Shown here in pieces: positions 1-9,698 of a stretch of DNA of 24,376 bases. Both the position numbers and the translations under genes were made by a program. The stretch is from positions 1 to 24,376 of the forward strand of contig JAZDIV010000079.1 in assembly GCA_043804695.1 (NCBI GenBank). The letters are read 5' to 3'. The notes below the pieces were generated by a model, which was not told the origin of the DNA, made no database searches, and was given only the letters and a program-made list of their open reading frames with translations. The stretch is from PVC group bacterium. Lineage in GTDB: Bacteria > Auribacterota > Erginobacteria > Erginobacterales > Erginobacteraceae. The stretch's first letter is position 1, and every line of letters begins with the position of its first letter.

Positions 1-18
1 TTTTACGGAGTAAAAATT

Positions 19-1044
19 TTGAAAGCGATGATACTGACGGCGGGGAAGGGGACGCGCCTGGCTCCCCTGACCGATGATTGTCCAAAACCGCTTTTCCCGG
101 TCGGCGACCGGCCGGTCATCACCTATCTCTTCGATCTCCTCAAGCAGTACGGCATCAAGGAGATCGTGCTCAACGTTCACCACCTCGGGGATCAGATCCG
201 GGAGACCCTGGGCGACGGGAGCCGCTTCTCGGTCCACCTCTCCTACTCCCCGGAGGAAAAGCTTCTGGGGACGGGCGGCGGCGTCCGGAAGGCCAGCCGC
301 TTCTGGGGGAACGAGGATGTCCTGGTCATCAACGGCGACAACCTCCTCGAGATCAACCTTGGGAAGCTCATCCTCTATCATCAGGCGTCCGAGGCGGTGG
401 CGACGATGGCCCTCAAACCGCTGGGGGCGCATTCCGATTACACCCCCATCTACCTCGACAAGGATTCGAACGTGGACGCGATCGGGGGGAAGGAGCGGGC
501 CACCCCGGGGTATGCCTTCATCGGGGCGCAGGTCCTCTCCCCGGCGTGTCTGGATTATCTCCCCGCCTCCGGGCCATCCTGCCTGATCAGGGACGGGTAC
601 AAAAAAGTCATCGGTTCCCGGAAGAACAACGAACGAGTGAGCGGGTTCATCACCACCGGCTACTGGCGGGAGATCAGCACCTTCCCGCTCTACTGGGGAA
701 CCAACTTGGATTTTCTCCGCGGGCGGCTCCCGGCCTATTTTTACCGGTGGCGGGAAGTGTTCACCCGCCGCGGCCTCCACGTCGGCAAGGGTTGTAAACT
801 CGGCCCCCGGGTCAGCTTTAATTCTCCGGTCTACCTGGGTGACGGCTGCCGGATCGGGGAGGGGTGTGTGCTCGGCTCCGGTCTCCTGGCCGGCGCCGGC
901 TCCACGATCGGCGAAAAGTGCCGTCTCCAGGAGGTTGTCATCTGGCCCGGCACCAGCGTCAGAAAGGGGAGCAAGCTGCAGAACATCATCATCGCGCCCT
1001 TCGGCAAGATCCCGGTCGGCCCGGACGGCCCCGTCGGAGCGTGA
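19..1044 (+). CDS. NDP-sugar pyrophosphorylase / nucleotidyltransferase (mannose-1-phosphate guanylyltransferase-like) with C-terminal left-handed beta-helix, 341 aa
   Basis: N-terminal signature MILTAGKGTRLAPLT..PKPLFPV; EEKLLGTGGG and VINGDNL motifs; C-terminal hexapeptide repeats (VYLGDGCRIGEGCVLG, STIGEKCRL). TTG start preceded by GGAG at 7-10. Confidence 0.9.
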   Translation: MKAMILTAGKGTRLAPLTDDCPKPLFPVGDRPVITYLFDLLKQYGIKEIVLNVHHLGDQIRETLGDGSRFSVHLSYSPEEKLLGTGGGVRKASRFWGNEDVLVINGDNLLEINLGKLILYHQASEAVATMALKPLGAHSDYTPIYLDKDSNVDAIGGKERATPGYAFIGAQVLSPACLDYLPASGPSCLIRDGYKKVIGSRKNNERVSGFITTGYWREISTFPLYWGTNLDFLRGRLPAYFYRWREVFTRRGLHVGKGCKLGPRVSFNSPVYLGDGCRIGEGCVLGSGLLAGAGSTIGEKCRLQEVVIWPGTSVRKGSKLQNIIIAPFGKIPVGPDGPVGA

Positions 1045-1120
1045 GCCGGGGCGCTCTTTAGTTATTTAGCTGCCTGGGAATTTTCACGCATTGCCGCGAG
1101 CGGATGAAGGGTTAGTCGTC

Positions 1121-2830
1121 GTGGAGAGAGAGAGATGGAAGAACCGGACCGCCTTCGTGATGGCGGCGATCGGGAGCGCGGTCGGGCTGGGGAACGTCTG
1201 GCGTTTTCCCGTCATCTGCTATAAGCACGGCGGCGGGGCCTTCTTCATCCCCTACTTCGTGGCCCTCCTGACCGCCGGCGTGCCGCTGATGATCCTGGAG
1301 TACGGGATCGGCCAGATGATGCAGGGCTCGGCCCCGCAGTCACTCTCCCGGATCAACAGGCACACCGAGTGGGTGGGCTGGTTTGCCCTCCTGGTGGGGC
1401 TGGTGATCTCCGTTTACTACGCCGTCATCATGGCCTACTCCGTGGAGTACCTGGTCTACGCCGTCAAGGGACTCTTCGCCGGAGGACGGATGCCGTGGTC
1501 GACTCCCCCGGCGGGATTTACCGGAACGTACGAGGCTGTTTTCTTTTCCGGGACCGTCCGGAACCACAGTTCCAGCGTCTCCGAGATGTGGCAGCTGGTC
1601 TGGCCGTTGGTCGCCGGCCTGGCGGTGACCTGGGCGTCCGTTTATATCATCCTCTGCCGGGGCGTGCGGCGGGTCGGAAAGGTGGTGATGCTGACCGTTC
1701 CCCTCCCGGTGGTGGTGCTGGCGATTCTGGCGGTGCGGGGTCTGACCCTTCCCGGTGCCTCCGATGGGATCATCTATTATCTGACCCCCAACTTCGCGGC
1801 GCTGAAAGATCCCGCCACCTGGCTGGCGGCCTACGGCCAGATCTTCTTCTCCCTCACGCTCGGTTTCGGGGTGATGATCGCCTACGCCAGCTACATGCCC
1901 CGGGAGAGCGACATCACCAACAACGCCTTCATCACCTGTTTCGCCAACTGCGCGACCAGCTTCTTCGCGGGTTTCGTCGTCTTCAGCGTCCTCGGCTTTC
2001 TCGCCTACCAGAAAGGCGGGGTGGCGGTGAGCAACGTGATCGACGCCGGCCCGGGGCTGGTCTTCGTCACCTATCCCACCGCCGTCTCCCAGATGGGCCA
2101 GTTCGGCTGGCTCTGGCCTCCGCTGATCGGGATCCTTTTCTTCGTGATGCTGCTCTTTTTAGGGATCGACTCGCTCTTCTCCCTGATCGAAGGGATCACG
2201 ACCGGACTGCGGGACCGGTACTCCTGGATGAGCCAGAAGGCATTGACCGCGGTGGTCTGTGTTTTCTCCTTCCTGGCAGGGTCCGTGTTCTATGCTTCCC
2301 GGGCCGGGATCCACTGGCTCGACATCTTCGACCACTGGGCAAATGATTACGGGCTGGTGATCGTGGGGCTCCTCCAGTGCGTCATCGTCGGGTACTTCTT
2401 CAAGACCGACACGCTCCGGGATTACATCAACCGGGTATCGGAGATCAAGCTCTGGGGATGGTGGGAGCTCTGCATCCGGGTCATCACTCCCCTGGTCCTG
2501 GGCTACCTGATCTTCTCCAACTTCATCGCCGAGCTGACCCGGGAGAGCCTCTACGGGGCCACCGGCACCGACTTCGACCGGTACCTCTGGGTCGCCCCGG
2601 TGAGCTTCGCCGTGCTCTTCATCATCGCCTTCAGCCTGTCCCGCCTCTGGAAGATCCTGGGGCTCATCGGCGGGGGGGCGGTGGTCTCCCTGGTCGCCTG
2701 GCTGCTCCTCCCCGCGCGCGCCCCGCTCGCCGCCTCCATCTTCTGCGGCCTGGCGGCGGCCGTCCTCTTCGGCGGCCTCTGCATTTGCATCAATATCGCC
2801 CGCCGAGGCCCGAAATCGCAAAAAATGTAA
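1121..2830 (+). CDS. Sodium-dependent transporter, NSS/SNF (neurotransmitter:sodium symporter) family, probably an amino acid transporter, with two extra C-terminal helices
   Basis: RERW...AAIGSAVGLGNVWRFP, GGGAFFIPY, AAYGQIFFSL, AYASY and GPGLVFVTYP are canonical NSS motifs. The ORF track starts at TTG 1091; GTG 1121 (preceded by GAAGGG) fits the usual M-x-RERW start better. Confidence 0.93.
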   Translation: MERERWKNRTAFVMAAIGSAVGLGNVWRFPVICYKHGGGAFFIPYFVALLTAGVPLMILEYGIGQMMQGSAPQSLSRINRHTEWVGWFALLVGLVISVYYAVIMAYSVEYLVYAVKGLFAGGRMPWSTPPAGFTGTYEAVFFSGTVRNHSSSVSEMWQLVWPLVAGLAVTWASVYIILCRGVRRVGKVVMLTVPLPVVVLAILAVRGLTLPGASDGIIYYLTPNFAALKDPATWLAAYGQIFFSLTLGFGVMIAYASYMPRESDITNNAFITCFANCATSFFAGFVVFSVLGFLAYQKGGVAVSNVIDAGPGLVFVTYPTAVSQMGQFGWLWPPLIGILFFVMLLFLGIDSLFSLIEGITTGLRDRYSWMSQKALTAVVCVFSFLAGSVFYASRAGIHWLDIFDHWANDYGLVIVGLLQCVIVGYFFKTDTLRDYINRVSEIKLWGWWELCIRVITPLVLGYLIFSNFIAELTRESLYGATGTDFDRYLWVAPVSFAVLFIIAFSLSRLWKILGLIGGGAVVSLVAWLLLPARAPLAASIFCGLAAAVLFGGLCICINIARRGPKSQKM

Positions 2831-2930
2831 CTTTTTCGGTTTTCACCACCTGCTCACACTAATCCAATAATCGACAACTGCAATTGTGGGATACCCCGGA
2901 AATAATTACAAGGGCGGGATGCCGTTTAAC

Positions 2931-2958
2931 GCCATGCACTCTGCTCTTTGCGCTTTGC
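2931..2958. repeat. Four degenerate tandem heptamers (gccatgc actctgc tctttgc gctttgc)
   Basis: Period-7 NCYNTGC array abutting the stop codon of the SGNH gene in the convergent intergenic gap. Confidence 0.55.
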
Positions 2959-2959
2959 T

Positions 2960-4723
2960 TCAATAGCTCTGCCCCACCACCGGGGTATCGCCGTCGTTGC
3001 CGTAGAGCTGCTTGAAGTTAGGGCCGGAGGGGTTGAAGATATACCATCTCCCTTCCCCGGGACGGAAGGTGCCTAAGTTGTACGTCCCGTTCCCGTCGAA
3101 GTCCCCCGTCACCGGGGTGTCGGCCGCGTAGCCGTACCTGACTTTCCCGATGTTCCGGAGGAACCAGATCATATGGTAATCCCCGTAGAACCGCCAGAGA
3201 GCGGGGTCGGTCGTCCCGTCACCGTTATAGTCCAGGGCCCTGACCCGGTCTCCCGGGTATCCCCAGAGATAATTATAATTGTTCCCATCGGCTTCCCGGA
3301 CCAGCCAGCGGATGCTGGCGCCGCTCGTCCGCAACAGCGCCCGGTCGCAGGTCCCGTCCCCGTCGAAGTCCCCCGGGATCGGGGTGTCCCCGGTGTTCCC
3401 GAAACACTGCCAGGCCGAGGCGGCGCCATAGATATGCCAGTAGCCCAGGCTCCCGGAGGGGCTCCAGGTCGCGTAGTCGGTCGTCCCGTCCCCGTCATAG
3501 TCCTCCGGGACCGGGATATCGTCGTAGAGCCCCCATTCCAGGCCGCTGGTTATCACTTCCCCGGTCAGCGTGTCCTTCACGTACCACCGGGCGCTGAAAC
3601 GGTTGTAGTAGGCGAGATCGGCCGTCCCGTCCCCGTTGTAATCCCCGGGCGCCGGGAGGTCCCCCTCCCCGTCCCCCCAGACCACCCCCGCGGTGATCAC
3701 GGTGCCGGATTGGGCGTCCATAATATCCCAGGTTCCACCGTTGAAGAGGGCGTAGTCAGTGTAGCCATCCCCGTTGTAGTCGTCCCAGCCCACTACCAGA
3801 TAGACCGAGGTCGGCGCCGGGACCGGTGTCGCTGAAGGCGCCGCCGTTGGCGTTGTAGACGGTGTCGCTGTTTCCGTTGGTGCCGGTGTGGGGGGCAGAG
3901 GGGTCGCGGATGGCGTTGGAGAGGGAGATGAAGTCGGGGAAGAAGAGGGTGGGGCTGTCATGGTCGGTGTAGGTGACGCCGCCGGGGTGGGGGGCGGTGT
4001 GGGGATCAATCCCTGGAGGGCCGTGTACCAGTTCTCGGCCATGATCGCGTAGCCCTCGGCGTTCGGGTGCACGTTGTCGGCCATCAGCCACATCTTGGCT
4101 TCGAAGGTCGATTCGTCATAGAAGTCGTCCCAGTTCGAGGTGAACCACAGGTCATGTCCGCTCAGATTGTTCGAGAGGCTGGAGTTGTACCAGCTTACGG
4201 CCACCGTCCCCCAGCCGTCTTCCAGCAGGTTGGGGATAAAGGCGGAGACGATCACCTCGGGGTGGGACCCATCGGCATTGGTGTGCGCCTTGATCAGATC
4301 CACGCAGGACTGCATTTCCCAGGTGGTCTCCTGGATGATCTGGATAATGGTGAAGACATTTGCCTGGGCCAGGTCGTTGCCCCCGATCTTCAACAGAACG
4401 TAATCTGGATCCTCGGAGAGAGCCCCCGGCTGAAGCAGATCGGAGACCACGTGTTCCGCCCGGTACCCGACAACCCCCTGATTATAGACGACAAAGGCTC
4501 CAGCTCCATATTCCGTGTCCAGAAGAGAGGAGAGCCGGGCCGGATAAGTGTAGGGGGAACTCTGATCATACGGATGACCCTGGGTTACGCTGTCGCCGAG
4601 ACAGGTGATCACCGTCTCGGCCGGCAACCTGGCGGCGAGAACAGATGAGAGACAGCATAGGAATAGGATCGCCGCCCGTCTCGTTATCAGGCCGGAGATA
4701 TTATTAATAACTCTATTTTTCAA
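2960..4723 (-). CDS. Secreted SGNH/GDSL hydrolase + Pro/Thr/Ser linker + six FG-GAP/VCBS-like repeats, 587 aa
   Basis: SGNH blocks CLGDS, NQGVVG, IGGND, DNVHPN are all intact. PT-rich linker (PTPPPTPAASPTPT...). Six D[YF][ND]G[DN]G repeats. TTG start with AGGAG RBS at about 4729-4733; hydrophobic N-terminal signal. Confidence 0.9.
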   Translation of the reverse strand: MKNRVINNISGLITRRAAILFLCCLSSVLAARLPAETVITCLGDSVTQGHPYDQSSPYTYPARLSSLLDTEYGAGAFVVYNQGVVGYRAEHVVSDLLQPGALSEDPDYVLLKIGGNDLAQANVFTIIQIIQETTWEMQSCVDLIKAHTNADGSHPEVIVSAFIPNLLEDGWGTVAVSWYNSSLSNNLSGHDLWFTSNWDDFYDESTFEAKMWLMADNVHPNAEGYAIMAENWYTALQGLIPTPPPTPAASPTPTMTAPPSSSPTSSPSPTPSATPLPPTPAPTETATPSTTPTAAPSATPVPAPTSVYLVVGWDDYNGDGYTDYALFNGGTWDIMDAQSGTVITAGVVWGDGEGDLPAPGDYNGDGTADLAYYNRFSARWYVKDTLTGEVITSGLEWGLYDDIPVPEDYDGDGTTDYATWSPSGSLGYWHIYGAASAWQCFGNTGDTPIPGDFDGDGTCDRALLRTSGASIRWLVREADGNNYNYLWGYPGDRVRALDYNGDGTTDPALWRFYGDYHMIWFLRNIGKVRYGYAADTPVTGDFDGNGTYNLGTFRPGEGRWYIFNPSGPNFKQLYGNDGDTPVVGQSY

Positions 4724-4786
4724 TTATTCTCCTTTTTACGGACAGCGCGACAATATGGATCGATAAGGTTTATACGTTTATAATAA

Positions 4787-4822
4787 TTAAGATGCCGAAA
4801 ACGGGTATTCCTTCCCGATTTT
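4787..4822 (-). promoter_or_regulatory. Conserved bipartite upstream motif, copy 1 (candidate ECF-type sigma promoter of the SGNH gene)
   Basis: Minus strand AAAATCG-GGAAGG-AATACCCGTTTTCG-GCATCTTAA; same spacing as the copies at 9699-9734 and 20822-20857. Confidence 0.6.
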
Positions 4823-4885
4823 CTCGGAAAAAAGGGCTGGAGTGAAGTGGTATGGGGCGCCCCGAAAGCCCCCTGCCAGCACCGG

Positions 4886-7800
4886 TCACCGGCCCCGGAA
4901 CGGCAGGCGGAAATCATCCGGGTGGGGGACGAACTTGAACTGCGATGGGGTGGACCGGGGAATGGGGCCGAAGGGATCGCCGGGGTTGAACGGGGTATCG
5001 GGCAATTGGGGCATCGTCACGTTGGGTAGAAATAACTTCGGTTTGATTATTCCGGGAACCGGCCAGTATTCATCCGCGCCGATGTCATAAATATTTTCCG
5101 ACCCGTCTTCTCCCACGCCGGAGATATCGATCGGACGGGGCTGCCCGTCGATGTCCACCTGCGGAACGTCAGGTCCGGCGGTTCCCCGGTCGATGCAGGG
5201 TGACTGGGACGAGAGGTGATAGAGGGGTTCACCATCGGCAAAGAGCGGGTCCTGGTTAATGTTTCCCTGACCTCCGTCCCAACCTCCCTCGATGTCGCAG
5301 TGGGCCACCGCGTCACTGCTTTTGGGTGAATATATCTGAGATGATTCAGGCGCCTGGTTATCCCACACGATTGAATTACCGAGATCGGGCTTGAGAGAAC
5401 TGTAGTACAATCCGCCGCCCGCGACATGGGCGAAGTTCTCGACGATGGTGTGGTGGATCACCGCCGGCGCCGGCTTGATCGGGAAGCCATACATTGACGC
5501 AGGTGCCGGAGTAAAATAGATCGCCCCTCCGTACCCGGCCCGGTTTCCGGCCATGATGTTATTGAAAAGCGTCGGGTTGGCCGCACTGTACAGCCCGCCC
5601 CCTCGCTCATCGGCGGAATTGCCGCAGATCACGTTGGCGGCCAGTACCGGGGACCCCAGCAATAAATACACCCCGCCTCCGTCCCGGGCGACGTTGTTCG
5701 TGATCAGGTTCCTCTCCAGGGTGGGAGATGAGAAGAGGCAGCAAATCCCGCCGCCCGTCTCCGATGATCCGCACCGGATGGTGAAACCCCGGAGGACGGA
5801 AGCCGGTCCTTCCCCCGAGTCGAAGGTGACGACGCTGCCGCCCTGCTGGCCGTTAATGATCGTGTTCTCCACTACGGAAGGATCGGAGGGGTTTTCGCTC
5901 CTGAGCGTCACCGCCTTGCCGTAAAAGTTAATGATTTCGGCGTATTCGCCCGGTCCGACGATGATCGTGTCCCCGCAGCAGACCAACGGTTCGGAGAGCG
6001 CCCGGCCGATCGTCCGCCAGGCGGCGCCGGTCTCTCTCACGGCGGCCGCGTCCAGGGCATCGTCCCCGTCCTGGCTCACATAATAGATACAGGGATGAAT
6101 GGCGTCGCCGGGGTCGGTGCCGTTTTCGTATTCCTCGACATTCGTCCAGCCGTCTCCATCATAATCCTCCCACGGCTCCTGGCCTGTTCCACCCAGGTAA
6201 TGCAGCTCCCAGTCGTCGGGCAGTCCGTCACCGTCGGTATCGGTGAACAGCCATTCGTCCGCCCCCATGTCGGGACCGCCGCCCATCGGGCGCGGGTCGC
6301 CGTCGATGTCCTCCCCGGACGGGCAGCTTGTCGAGCCGGAGTCGATACAGGGTGAGCCGTAGGTCAGGTGGTAGTCACCCGCCGCTGGGTTCAGGAAGAG
6401 AGGGTCGGCCGTGATATTCCCGACCCCCGAGCCGGTCCATGCCTGTTCCAGGCAGGAGTGGTTAACGATCAATGCCGCTTCACCGTCGGTTATCTGTGTG
6501 CTGTCCTTACCCCAGTTCCCGTATATGATGCAATTACCGATCGTGAGTTCGCCTCCGGCACAGGAGATTCCGCTCATCCCCTTTTCGGCGAAGTTGCCGG
6601 TGATCGTGACTCCGTTAAATACCGCGGAAGACATTCCTCCGTAGAAGGCACCGCCGGCGGTGTGCGCGTAGTTGGCGGCGATAACGGAATCACGCACGAT
6701 CGGATCGGAATTAAAGGCCGCGATCCCCCCGCCTTCATCTGCCCGGTTACCGGTGATGAAATTGTTGGTCAGGGTGGGTGAAGCCAAGTGACAGAAGACG
6801 CCGCCGCCATGCAGGGCCTTCCCGTTTCGAATCATGAATCCGGACAGAATCGTATCGGGCCCCACGCCGGGATGAAACGATACGACACTTCCTTCTTCGC
6901 ACCCGTCAATGATGGTCACGTTTTGCTTGAGGTTCCGTTCCCAGGTGACCGGATGGTATCCGCCGTAGAGCTTAACCCCTGCGGGTATGGACACGGTTTC
7001 ATGGTACGTGCCGGCCGATACCCGGACAATGGGGCAGAGACTGTCGGCCGCCTCTTCGATGGCGTGCCCGATCGTTCGCCACGGAGAATCCTGGCTGCCG
7101 TCGTTTAAATCAGACCCCACCGGACTCACGCAGTGGTACACTATCGGCCCGGTCGTGAAACTGAAGCAGATGCCTCCATTATCCTCCGTCGTCGTATTGC
7201 CGATCAGGTCGGACGATACGACCTTGAAAAAATACGTTGTCTCGGGCTGGAGGTTGTCCAGCAGGATGAAATGGGATGTCACCAGCGCTTCGTTTTGTTC
7301 CACGGATACGAGTTCACCGGGGCCGGTTCCATACTGAACGATGCTGTCCCCGGAAATGTCGGTCTCCCATTCTATCCGGGCCCGGGTGCAGCCTGCTTCA
7401 GATGTGACATTCATGATAACCGGAGGGAAGAGAGAGACGAGTGCCGTGTCGGTTGCGGTTGCCGTCACCCCGCTTCCGTCGTCGTCATCGTCATAAGAAG
7501 CGGTGATAGTGTCCCCATGGGATACCTGGAGTATGCCGTCGGGCAGCGGGACGCCGGTCTCGATCTCCAGGCAGCCGAAGAAGAGGCCGGTGCCGGGCTG
7601 GAATTCCGTCAGGATCAGCGATTCGGGCTCGGTCTCCGAGGAGCTTTCGATGTAAACAACCACCGTCTCGACGGTACCGGGCTCCTGGTTCAGGTCCTGG
7701 TCGGAGACGAGGATACAGAGCTGAGAGGGCGCCGTCACAAAGTCCGCGATGATATCAACATATCCCTGGGAAGAGCAGGGTATGATCGGGGTGCAGGGAT

Positions 7801-9595
7801 CCCCGAAGAGGTTCAACTGGTAGTAGCACCAGCGCATGTCCTCGTCATCTACCCGGTAGGCATTATCCTCCTTGGAATCCTGATTCATCTCTCCTAACCG
7901 GGAGATCCCTTCTCCGAAGAACGCGTCCCAGAACTCCCGGTTATACCGCTGGGATGCCCCGTCGGTTGAGTCCGGGACCAGCGCCGCCTTCCCGTTCCGC
8001 GCGTTCATTATCACGGCAAAGGCGCCGTGCTCCATGGTGGTGATCACTTCGGCGAAGCATTCTTCCGTATCAAATCCCCCCGGCCGGCATCCCTGGGAAT
8101 AGACGAAGAAATAGTCGGTGTTCTTCAGGGCGGACAGATCGTCGGTATAGAGCTTCATGGCGTAGTCGTAATCGCTGTGCCCGATATGGTTGACCAGGTG
8201 GACGCCGTCATTGAAGATCTTCACCAGTTTGTCGGGCGGCCAGTTGTGGTCCGGTTCCCAGTCGGCGTCGTAGAGCGTTTTCAGGTTGAAGTAGTCGAAG
8301 GACGAGAAGCCCTCGGTGTGGTAGCCATACGCGTCGGATCCCTGCGCTATCTTCTCCTGGAACCCCTTCCCGTAGGTGGCTATCCCGCCGAACCCGGCCC
8401 ATTCGCCTACCAGGCAGGCCCGGCCGAGCGGACTCCCGGCGGCGTCCTCGTAGGAAATCGTTTTGTTGACGAAGTGAGTGACCTCGGCCTCGTTCGCCAC
8501 GGCGGCTCTTCCAATGAGGATCTCCGCCATCAGGGCCGCTTCGTCCACCCCGTCGGCGTTCTCAGCCGCGCATTCGCCGTAGACGCCGTCAGCGTCCTGG
8601 TCGAAGGTGCCGCTTAAACCGGCGTAGTAGAGGTCGGCCGGGACGTCCCCGCTGTTCGCTCTGAGTTCTCGGGGAGGGATGATATCCTTGTCTCCCCCCA
8701 GCAGAACGTATTCCGTGTCCCAGTTTTGATAGGCATCGATGATAAAGTTTCGTATTCTGGTCTGATCGTCCTCACCGCCGTCGGGTCGCGTTCCGGGGTA
8801 AGTGGTGTAGATGAAGTCGGTATTGACGATAATTGAATTAATCCCCTGCCCTATCCGGTGATCCCGGAGAGGCACGAAGGAATCAACGAGATTCGCACTC
8901 GTGATGATCACGTGCCGGAAGTCACCGGGCGGAAGCCCGCTGTCTCCCATCAGCATATCCGGTTCCCCGGAGAGGTAGGTATCGAATACCCACTGATCCT
9001 TATTGTCGACCAGCTCCTTTACCTTTTCCAGGGCCCTCGCCTTGGGAGGCAGTGTATTCCTGTCCGGCCGGGACGCCTTCCCGACCACGACTTCCACGGT
9101 CAGGTCACTGTAATAGGAAAGCCGGCCAGAGGCGGGGGTGTATTCCACCGGATAGAGATTGATGAAGAGGATTGAATAGCCATTTTTAGTACGGATAACG
9201 GCCCGGGTTGCGATCTCCGGGGGGTAGGGTTCACATGAACGGTACACCGCTTCATCGAGCCTGGTGGGCTCGATCGGCCCCCGGTAATCGAGCGATACGG
9301 TTTCGGGATCCGGCTCGACCAGGTAGTTCCCGCGGATACCGATCTTTTGCCCGGGGACCACCCGCACCGCGCGGACTTCCGTCATGTACGGGATAAGCAA
9401 CTTGACGGATCTGACCGGGAGCAATGGTTCACCGGTCCGACCCATGTTGTCCAGGCCCTTCATGACCACCCGGTGATAGCGTCCCTGTCTTGACACTTCC
9501 GGATGAGGAAATCGTACGGTGTGCCGGATTTCCTGCGCCGCAGAAGATGCCGCCAGCAACGGTAAGAGTCCCAAAACCAGCAGGTATTTTTTCAT
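4886..9595 (-). CDS. Secreted multidomain C25 (gingipain-like) cysteine peptidase: propeptide, C25, Ig/FN3-like domains, two right-handed beta-helix modules, TSP3-like Ca-binding motif, Pro-rich tail, 1569 aa
   Basis: Signal peptide ending ASSAA; propeptide motif GEPLLP; C25 motifs YVLLGGD, ADLYYA, catalytic NHIGHS and SQGC, LNLFGDP. FN3-like LDNLQPETTYFFKV. Repeated GGGI/GGGV beta-helix turns, each module closed by YHL...SPCID...D.GADE. DTDGDGLPDDWE motif. Confidence 0.92.
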   Translation of the reverse strand: MKKYLLVLGLLPLLAASSAAQEIRHTVRFPHPEVSRQGRYHRVVMKGLDNMGRTGEPLLPVRSVKLLIPYMTEVRAVRVVPGQKIGIRGNYLVEPDPETVSLDYRGPIEPTRLDEAVYRSCEPYPPEIATRAVIRTKNGYSILFINLYPVEYTPASGRLSYYSDLTVEVVVGKASRPDRNTLPPKARALEKVKELVDNKDQWVFDTYLSGEPDMLMGDSGLPPGDFRHVIITSANLVDSFVPLRDHRIGQGINSIIVNTDFIYTTYPGTRPDGGEDDQTRIRNFIIDAYQNWDTEYVLLGGDKDIIPPRELRANSGDVPADLYYAGLSGTFDQDADGVYGECAAENADGVDEAALMAEILIGRAAVANEAEVTHFVNKTISYEDAAGSPLGRACLVGEWAGFGGIATYGKGFQEKIAQGSDAYGYHTEGFSSFDYFNLKTLYDADWEPDHNWPPDKLVKIFNDGVHLVNHIGHSDYDYAMKLYTDDLSALKNTDYFFVYSQGCRPGGFDTEECFAEVITTMEHGAFAVIMNARNGKAALVPDSTDGASQRYNREFWDAFFGEGISRLGEMNQDSKEDNAYRVDDEDMRWCYYQLNLFGDPCTPIIPCSSQGYVDIIADFVTAPSQLCILVSDQDLNQEPGTVETVVVYIESSSETEPESLILTEFQPGTGLFFGCLEIETGVPLPDGILQVSHGDTITASYDDDDDGSGVTATATDTALVSLFPPVIMNVTSEAGCTRARIEWETDISGDSIVQYGTGPGELVSVEQNEALVTSHFILLDNLQPETTYFFKVVSSDLIGNTTTEDNGGICFSFTTGPIVYHCVSPVGSDLNDGSQDSPWRTIGHAIEEAADSLCPIVRVSAGTYHETVSIPAGVKLYGGYHPVTWERNLKQNVTIIDGCEEGSVVSFHPGVGPDTILSGFMIRNGKALHGGGVFCHLASPTLTNNFITGNRADEGGGIAAFNSDPIVRDSVIAANYAHTAGGAFYGGMSSAVFNGVTITGNFAEKGMSGISCAGGELTIGNCIIYGNWGKDSTQITDGEAALIVNHSCLEQAWTGSGVGNITADPLFLNPAAGDYHLTYGSPCIDSGSTSCPSGEDIDGDPRPMGGGPDMGADEWLFTDTDGDGLPDDWELHYLGGTGQEPWEDYDGDGWTNVEEYENGTDPGDAIHPCIYYVSQDGDDALDAAAVRETGAAWRTIGRALSEPLVCCGDTIIVGPGEYAEIINFYGKAVTLRSENPSDPSVVENTIINGQQGGSVVTFDSGEGPASVLRGFTIRCGSSETGGGICCLFSSPTLERNLITNNVARDGGGVYLLLGSPVLAANVICGNSADERGGGLYSAANPTLFNNIMAGNRAGYGGAIYFTPAPASMYGFPIKPAPAVIHHTIVENFAHVAGGGLYYSSLKPDLGNSIVWDNQAPESSQIYSPKSSDAVAHCDIEGGWDGGQGNINQDPLFADGEPLYHLSSQSPCIDRGTAGPDVPQVDIDGQPRPIDISGVGEDGSENIYDIGADEYWPVPGIIKPKLFLPNVTMPQLPDTPFNPGDPFGPIPRSTPSQFKFVPHPDDFRLPFRGR

Positions 9596-9698
9596 TTTTG
9601 ATTTTTCCGGGTTAAATGGTTTCTTGGGCGAAAACTATGCACGTTATTAAGAAGAAAGCGGTTTATTGGCTTCTTGGCGGCGGTTTCTCCGTATATGA

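Noticed and set aside
1124..1135. (GA)6 microsatellite as a phase-variation tract at the transporter start
   Set aside because: It is short and is explained by the conserved ERERW N-terminal motif of NSS proteins.
4854..4873. GGGGC...GCCCC hairpin as terminator of the 1569-aa gene
   Set aside because: Short stem with no adjacent U-tract.
4886..5062. LPDTP as an LPXTG sortase motif, or the tails as T9SS CTD / PEP-CTERM
   Set aside because: There is no Gly, no following hydrophobic TM helix, and no YPNP...G.Y...K-type CTD pattern.
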